From contig CM119270.1 of assembly GCA_051294375.1 (NCBI GenBank), forward strand, positions 3,157,436-3,221,403: a DNA stretch of 63,968 nt. Direction: 5' to 3'. A program made the translations under genes and the position numbers. The notes beneath the pieces are model-generated. The model ran no database searches. It had not been told where the DNA came from and saw only the letters and a program-made list of their open reading frames with translations. Shown here one piece after another: positions 58,304-63,968 of this stretch (position 1 is its first letter; the number at the start of each line of letters is the position of its first letter). The DNA comes from Paraspadella gotoi (taxonomy: Eukaryota; Animalia; Chaetognatha).

Positions 58304-60559
58304 GAGTCTCTGCGTCTCTGCGTTGATAAATGCAAAATATATGAGGAATGGCTTCCCTCCGTGTCACCAGATGAAACCACAATATTTTTTCTTTCCAGAT
58401 TTTTTTCAAGAGTATTCATTTTTTAATAAATATAATTTTCTGAAGAGAAATTTCAAAGTTCGCTTTTAATTTAAATGAAATATTTTCCCGGGGATCTTTT
58501 TTTTAAAAACGCTTTTTTTTATTTAAAGAGGTACCTAATTATATTTTTTTTAGTATATATTCACTAATTTTTATTCAATCTGATTCCACCTAAAAATAAC
58601 TTTGACGTTGCAGTCGCGATTAATTAATTAAAAATAAAAACTACTAATATTTATTAAAATGATTAGTGATTACGTTTTAAAGCTACTGCTTTTCAATTAA
58701 ATTTTAAAAGGATTACACCAAAAACAATAGGCCAGCGATTAATTGTTAAACGCTCACATTACAAACCGGAAAAAGCTTCGAGATTAATCTAAGATTAGAT
58801 TCTCGAGCAGTGAGTTCGTGTGAATGTGATTTCTTTTTTCAAAGACGACGATGAAAGAGTTCTGTAAATGGAAACCTCTGCTGCTCTGCCAAAAAAAAAA
58901 AAAGGAAAAAAAAATCTTTGGGATGAAAAAAAGTTTTCTTCCCACTTTGATCATGGTTAAAAAACAATCTTAACAATGTTTTTTTTCCTCGCGAGTGTGA
59001 GTGGGTGTTGTAGATCGGATAACTGTTCTCATTTCTGTTTTCTCCGCGAAATATCAACTTAGCTTCAATTAAGAATTATGATTAAATTATTGCCAAAGAC
59101 TGATAAAATCTAAATACTACTTGCGAGGGACTCGTCAACCAACATGGCGGACAAAAAATCCGATCAACTTAAACTTTAAGGTAAAGGAAAATCTTTATCT
59201 TTTCTCGTTCATGATCGTTTGAAATCGCAGGCTATATTATCCTTTTATTAGACAGTTTGAAAATTCTTTCTTTTTCGTTGTGTTTAGGAATAAATGAGAT
59301 TAAAGACGTCTTTTTACATCAACGTTTTTTTTTGTTTTTTTTTAACAGACAAGTTTCTGCTGTAAAAAGACTTCGTTTTTAATCTCATTTATCATTTTAA
59401 TTTGATTTTATTTAATATTCTCGTATGGACTTCGTTGGTTTATTATTACATAATATTATTTAAAGTAAAAAAAAATCCATTCAGTTTTTAAACATTATGA
59501 TTAAAATTAAAATCTGTTTCGACGGAACAATTTTTAATTTTTTAGTTGTTACGGAAATCGGACTAATTCTCCAAAAAACCGAGATATTTCGCGGGCCATA
59601 TCCTTGCAGTTTAAACTGTNNNNNNNNNNNNNNNNNNNNNNNNNNNNNNNNNNNNNNNNNNNNNNNNNNNNNNNNNNNNNNNNNNNNNNNNNNNNNNNNN
59701 NNNNNNNNNNNNNNNNNNNNNNNNNNNNNNNNNNNNNNNNNNNNNNNNNNNNNNNNNNNNNNNNNNNNNNNNNNNNNNNNNNNNNNNNNNNNNNNNNNNN
59801 NNNNNNNNNNNNNNNNNNNNNNNNNNNNNNNNNNNNNNNNNNNNNNNNNNNNNNNNNNNNNNNNNNNNNNNNNNNNNNNNNNNNNNNNNNNNNNNNNNNN
59901 NNNNNNNNNNNNNNNNNNNNNNNNNNNNNNNNNNNNNNNNNNNNNNNNNNNNNNNNNNNNNNNNNNNNNNNNNNNNNNNNNNNNNNNNNNNNNNNNNNNN
60001 NNNNNNNNNNNNNNNNNNNNNNNNNNNNNNNNNNNNNNNNNNNNNNNNNNNNNNNNNNNNNNNNNNNNNNNNNNNNNNNNNNNNNNNNNNNNNNNNNNNN
60101 NNNNNNNNNNNNNNNNNNNNNNNNNNNNNNNNNNNNNNNNNNNNNNNNNNNNNNNNNNNNNNNNNNNNNNNNNNNNNNNNNNNNNNNNNNNNNNNNNNNN
60201 NNNNNNNNNNNNNNNNNNNNNNNNNNNNNNNNNNNNNNNNNNNNNNNNNNNNNNNNNNNNNNNNNNNNNNNNNNNNNNNNNNNNNNNNNNNNNNNNNNNN
60301 NNNNNNNNNNNNNNNNNNNNNNNNNNNNNNNNNNNNNNNNNNNNNNNNNNNNNNNNNNNNNNNNNNNNNNNNNNNNNNNNNNNNNNNNNTAAACCTTTCG
60401 CGCAGTTTCGGGAAAGAGAACTATAAGTTCACCGCAACTACGCCCTGCGGCGGTCTTCGCCGGGGATTTTATTCCCGGCATATCCCCCGCCCAATTCTTG
60501 ACGGGACAAGACAATGGGCCACTTATCTATCTCTCTCTGTCTCTCTCTCTATCTCTCTG

Positions 60560-60591
<32 letters not shown>

Positions 60592-61033
60592 TCTGTCTCT
60601 ATTTTCTCTCTCTTCTCTCTCTCTATTTCTCTCGTCTCTCTCTGCTCTCTCTCTCTCTCTCATCTCTCTCTTCTCTCTTCTATTTCTTCTTTCTTCTCTT
60701 TCTTGCTCCTGTTCTCTTTCTCTTTCATAAAATTTTTTTCTTTCCTTTTTTTCTTTCTCTATTTTCTCTTTTTCACTCTCTTCTTTTTACTCTCTTCTCT
60801 TTTTTCTTTTCTCTTTTCTTCTCTTTCTTTTCTTTTTCTTCTCTCTTCTTTTCTTCTCTTTCTCTTGCTTTCTCTCTCTCTTTCATCTTTTCTCTCTTTC
60901 TTCTTTTGTTCAAACTGCGCCTTTTTGGACGGCGTAATACTTGAAAAAACCGGGGGTAAGGGTCACTCGTTCTGCGTTTTTTTTTCTAGAGAAGATTTAA
61001 AATACTGAGCGTAAAATAGAATTTAATCCTTAC

Positions 61034-61141
61034 CATTGGAGAATTGAGAAAAGCGGCAGCGGGGAAAGCGCGATCAGCTGCAGCGAACGTCGCAGCACAG
61101 TAGAACGGGGAGGCGGCAGCAGCCTTTTCAATAAACGCCGT
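61034..61141 (-). other. Probable internal minus-strand exon
   Basis: ctttag|ACGGCG...CCAATG|gtaagg, 108 nt, open frame TAFIEKAAAASPFYCAATFAAADRAFPAAAFLNSPM. Confidence 0.45.
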
Positions 61142-62006
61142 CTAAAGCGTGTTTTCATTTTATGGAGAGTAAAGAAAGAATTTGGAAGGAGGTGAGTGTG
61201 TGCGTGTGAGAGAGAGAGAGAGAGAGAGAGAGANNNNNNNNNNNNNNNNNNNNNNNNNNNNNNNNNNNNNNNNNNNNNNNNNNNNNNNNNNNNNNNNNNN
61301 NNNNNNNNNNNNNNNNNNNNNNNNNNNNNNNNNNNNNNNNNNNNNNNNNNNNNNNNNNNNNNNNNNNNNNNNNNNNNNNNNNNNNNNNNNNNNNNNNNNN
61401 NNNNNNNNNNNNNNNNNNNNNNNNNNNNNNNNNNNNNNNNNNNNNNNNNNNNNNNNNNNNNNNNNNNNNNNNNNNNNNNNNNNNNNNNNNNNNNNNNNNN
61501 NNNNNNNNNNNNNNNGAGCATAAAAAGAAAAAGATTCAAAGTAACTTCTTTTCTTTCGCTCTTTTACGACAAAATCGACAACGACGACGACAACGACGAT
61601 GACGACGACGACGACGTGAGAACGACGGTAAAGGCGACGATAGCGACGCCTATAAAAAGACGAACACGAAGAAGACGAAGAGATCGAGACAAAAATGGCG
61701 GAATTATTGACTTTTGTCGAAGATGTACGATTTGATTAAATGACAACAACTTTTAACTGTTAAACATTTAATTGGTCTTCGTTTCAAATTAAATTAGTCT
61801 ATGATGAGAAAGAAAAAAAGCACGTGTTCAATCGACGACTGAAGAGAGATGGAAAACGTGATATGACATGACATGACATGAAAGAGAAAGAGCTGATGAC
61901 GATGATGACGACGACGACAACGTCGAACGAAACGACGACAAAATTGATCAAGAGGCGAAAATGGCGAAAATTCGACGACGACGACGACGACGACCAAGAA
62001 GAAGAA

Positions 62007-62041
<35 letters not shown>

Positions 62042-62565
62042 AGAAGACGACATCTAACATTCAAGCGGCTGCTTATATCGAAAAACCTTTCAAAAAAACG
62101 AATATCAGCGTCGAAAATCGTTTTCATAAATAGAGAAAAAAAAATATTTATGACTTGTTTATTTTCTCGTCCGCTCGATTGGAAACGAATTGAAACCGCG
62201 AAAACCCGAACGCATTTTATTTTTTTTCACCAATAAAACGTCTCCCTCTTTTTTTTTAATTATTATTTAACCGATAAAATACGTTTCCCTTCTATTTATT
62301 TTTTTTAATGTCGCGGTTTCTCGCCCTTCGGCCGAATGGCGCTCTGTTTCTGCTACTGAAACTGAAACATAAAATAGAGTCTTCTTCCCTTTTTTTTTGC
62401 ACCAAGGCCTTTGGCTTTGAGGCGAAAGTTCGAGATCTACCCGCTCGTCAATCTGCTTGCTTCTCTGGCTTGCTTGCTTGGGTTTTTTTGTGGGGGGGGT
62501 TTCTTTCTGTTCTTCTTTCTTTACTTCTTTTTTTCTTTCTTTTTTTTTCTTTCACTATATTTCTT

Positions 62566-62660
62566 TATTTATTCACTATTTATTTATTCACTTTATTTAT
62601 TCACTTTATTTATTCACTTTATTTATTCACTTTATTTATTCACTTTATTTATTCACTATA
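62566..62660. repeat. 13-bp minisatellite (tatttattcactt)n
   Basis: About 7 tandem copies. Confidence 0.85.
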
Positions 62661-62741
62661 TTTCTTTATTTATTTCTTGATTTTCATTTCTTGATTTCTT
62701 TGTTTCTTTATTCCTTTGTTCTTTGTTCATTTCCTTCCCCT

Positions 62742-62778
<37 letters not shown>

Positions 62779-63359
62779 NNNNNNNNNNNNNNNNNNNNNN
62801 NNNNNNNNNNNNNNNNNNNNNNNNNNNNNNNNNNNNNNNNNNNNNNNNNNNNNNNNNNNNNNNNNNNNNNNNNNNNNNNNNNNNNNNNNNNNNNNNNNNN
62901 NNNNNNNNNNNNNNNNNNNNNNNNNNNNNNNNNNNNNNNNNNNNNNNNNNNNNNNNNNNNNNNNNNNNNNNNNNNNNNNNNNNNNNNNNNNNNNNNNNNN
63001 NNNNNNNNNNNNNNNNNNNNNNNNNNNNNNNNNNNNNNNNTCTCTCTCTCTCTCTTTCTCTCCTCCTCAATCACTCTTTCTACCTTATCCATATTACTTT
63101 TTGAATTGATTTAATATTAATTTATTGAATAAATAGCAACCATTTTGTTCTGGCTTAAAGATTCAATCGCTCTCAACATCAAATAATAACATTTAAATAT
63201 AAAATTAATTAGCATATTTTTATCAATGTTTATTTCGTTTTATTAATGCACTTATTTTCTACAAATTTAAATTTAAATAATTTATATCTATTTAAAATTT
63301 TTTTTATGAAATTGGTACAACCAATATAAAAATTATCCATTCATTTAATAAATAAGCTA

Positions 63360-63460
63360 TCTTGTCCCTGACTTTGGACAGGCTTTGGTGGTTTAAGGCC
63401 TCCATCACACTTACAAGATAATAACATAGCAGGTTTCTGCAAGCTTTCAATCTAGACTCT
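63360..63460 (-). repeat. Short interspersed repeat family, fourth copy
   Basis: ccctgactttggacaggct..ttaaggcctccatc..cttacaagataataacat is the reverse complement of the 29570/41507 family. Confidence 0.65.
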
Positions 63461-63968
63461 CTCACAGTCTTATTTATTCTCTCCCAGAAAAATAGCAAAA
63501 AATTAAAAAAAGTGAGAAATGATAACTCAATTTAAATTGAATGTTTTGCAAAAAAAATTGATAAAAAATTGAATTCGAAATTTTTAAATTAAATTTTTAA
63601 ATTAAATTCGATGCAAAATGGAATGATAGGATTCGAATCCCGATCAAGGTAAAATTTTACAATAAACTGCTATGTCCCAAAAGTGGTCGTACAGCAATGG
63701 CTTACCGAAAGGGAAGTAGCCATATGAGTACTCGATAACAAGACAAATTATCATTTGTACTCGAGTTACAGAGCTTGCCGTCTCAGAAATTCTAGACGGA
63801 TGCTACTGTATCATAAATGGTAACAACTTATCTTTGACATTGTTACCTCAGAAATAAGATTTAACGACACAGTTGCGCACAATTTGCAAAATTTAACCGA
63901 CAGTACGATTGGGACACACTGTATGTACTCTCCCTCTCCCTTTCTCTCTTTCTCTCTTTCTCTCTTTC

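Larger units (their letters stand above)
59620..63040. other. Region with three assembly gaps (59620-60389, 61234-61516, 62779-63040) and low-complexity CT/GAC tracts
   Basis: Runs of N; the X-containing ORFs here are artefacts. Confidence 0.95.

Noticed and set aside
18489-62660. CRISPR-like arrays (21-bp, ~48-bp and 13-bp repeats)
   Set aside because: Eukaryotic context, no unique spacers and no cas genes.
59497-63114. ORFs containing X runs or Leu/Ser/Phe and Glu/Arg repeats
   Set aside because: Artefacts of N gaps and CT/GA microsatellites.
63665-63925. Tc1/mariner-like MITE (tgtcccaa / ttgggaca)
   Set aside because: The inverted match is too short and no clear target duplication is visible.

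Overview
Draft-assembly window (four N gaps) from a compact animal genome with GC-rich exons and short AT-rich, microsatellite-laden introns; the species cannot be identified from the sequence alone. Sixteen functionally unrelated protein-coding genes lie head-to-tail, all on the minus strand, over about 54 kb. In window order they are CEP192-like (partial), MAP10-like, ThrRS, SPPL2-like, ZnT6/SLC30A6, a BTB protein, an XK-related protein, UTP23, UNC-45, EXOSC8, an intronless SLC6 transporter, a 9-finger C2H2 protein, ING1/2, an uncharacterised triple-repeat/zinc-knuckle protein, an arylamine N-acetyltransferase and a TPR-ankyrin-MYND protein. Many stop-to-start gaps are only 160-500 nt, and several longer gaps shrink when transposon insertions are removed, which suggests a very long operon-like or trans-spliced directional cluster. 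Other highlights: a ThrRS apparently fused to an N-terminal eEF1B-type GST-like domain; three Penelope-type minimal hammerhead ribozyme motifs; two giant foldback DNA elements with about 0.8-0.9 kb arms; a tRNA-derived repeat with a compensatory base-pair change; tandem AG|GT recursive-type splice sites; and a GC-AG intron. Gene names come from remembered motifs, not from database searches.
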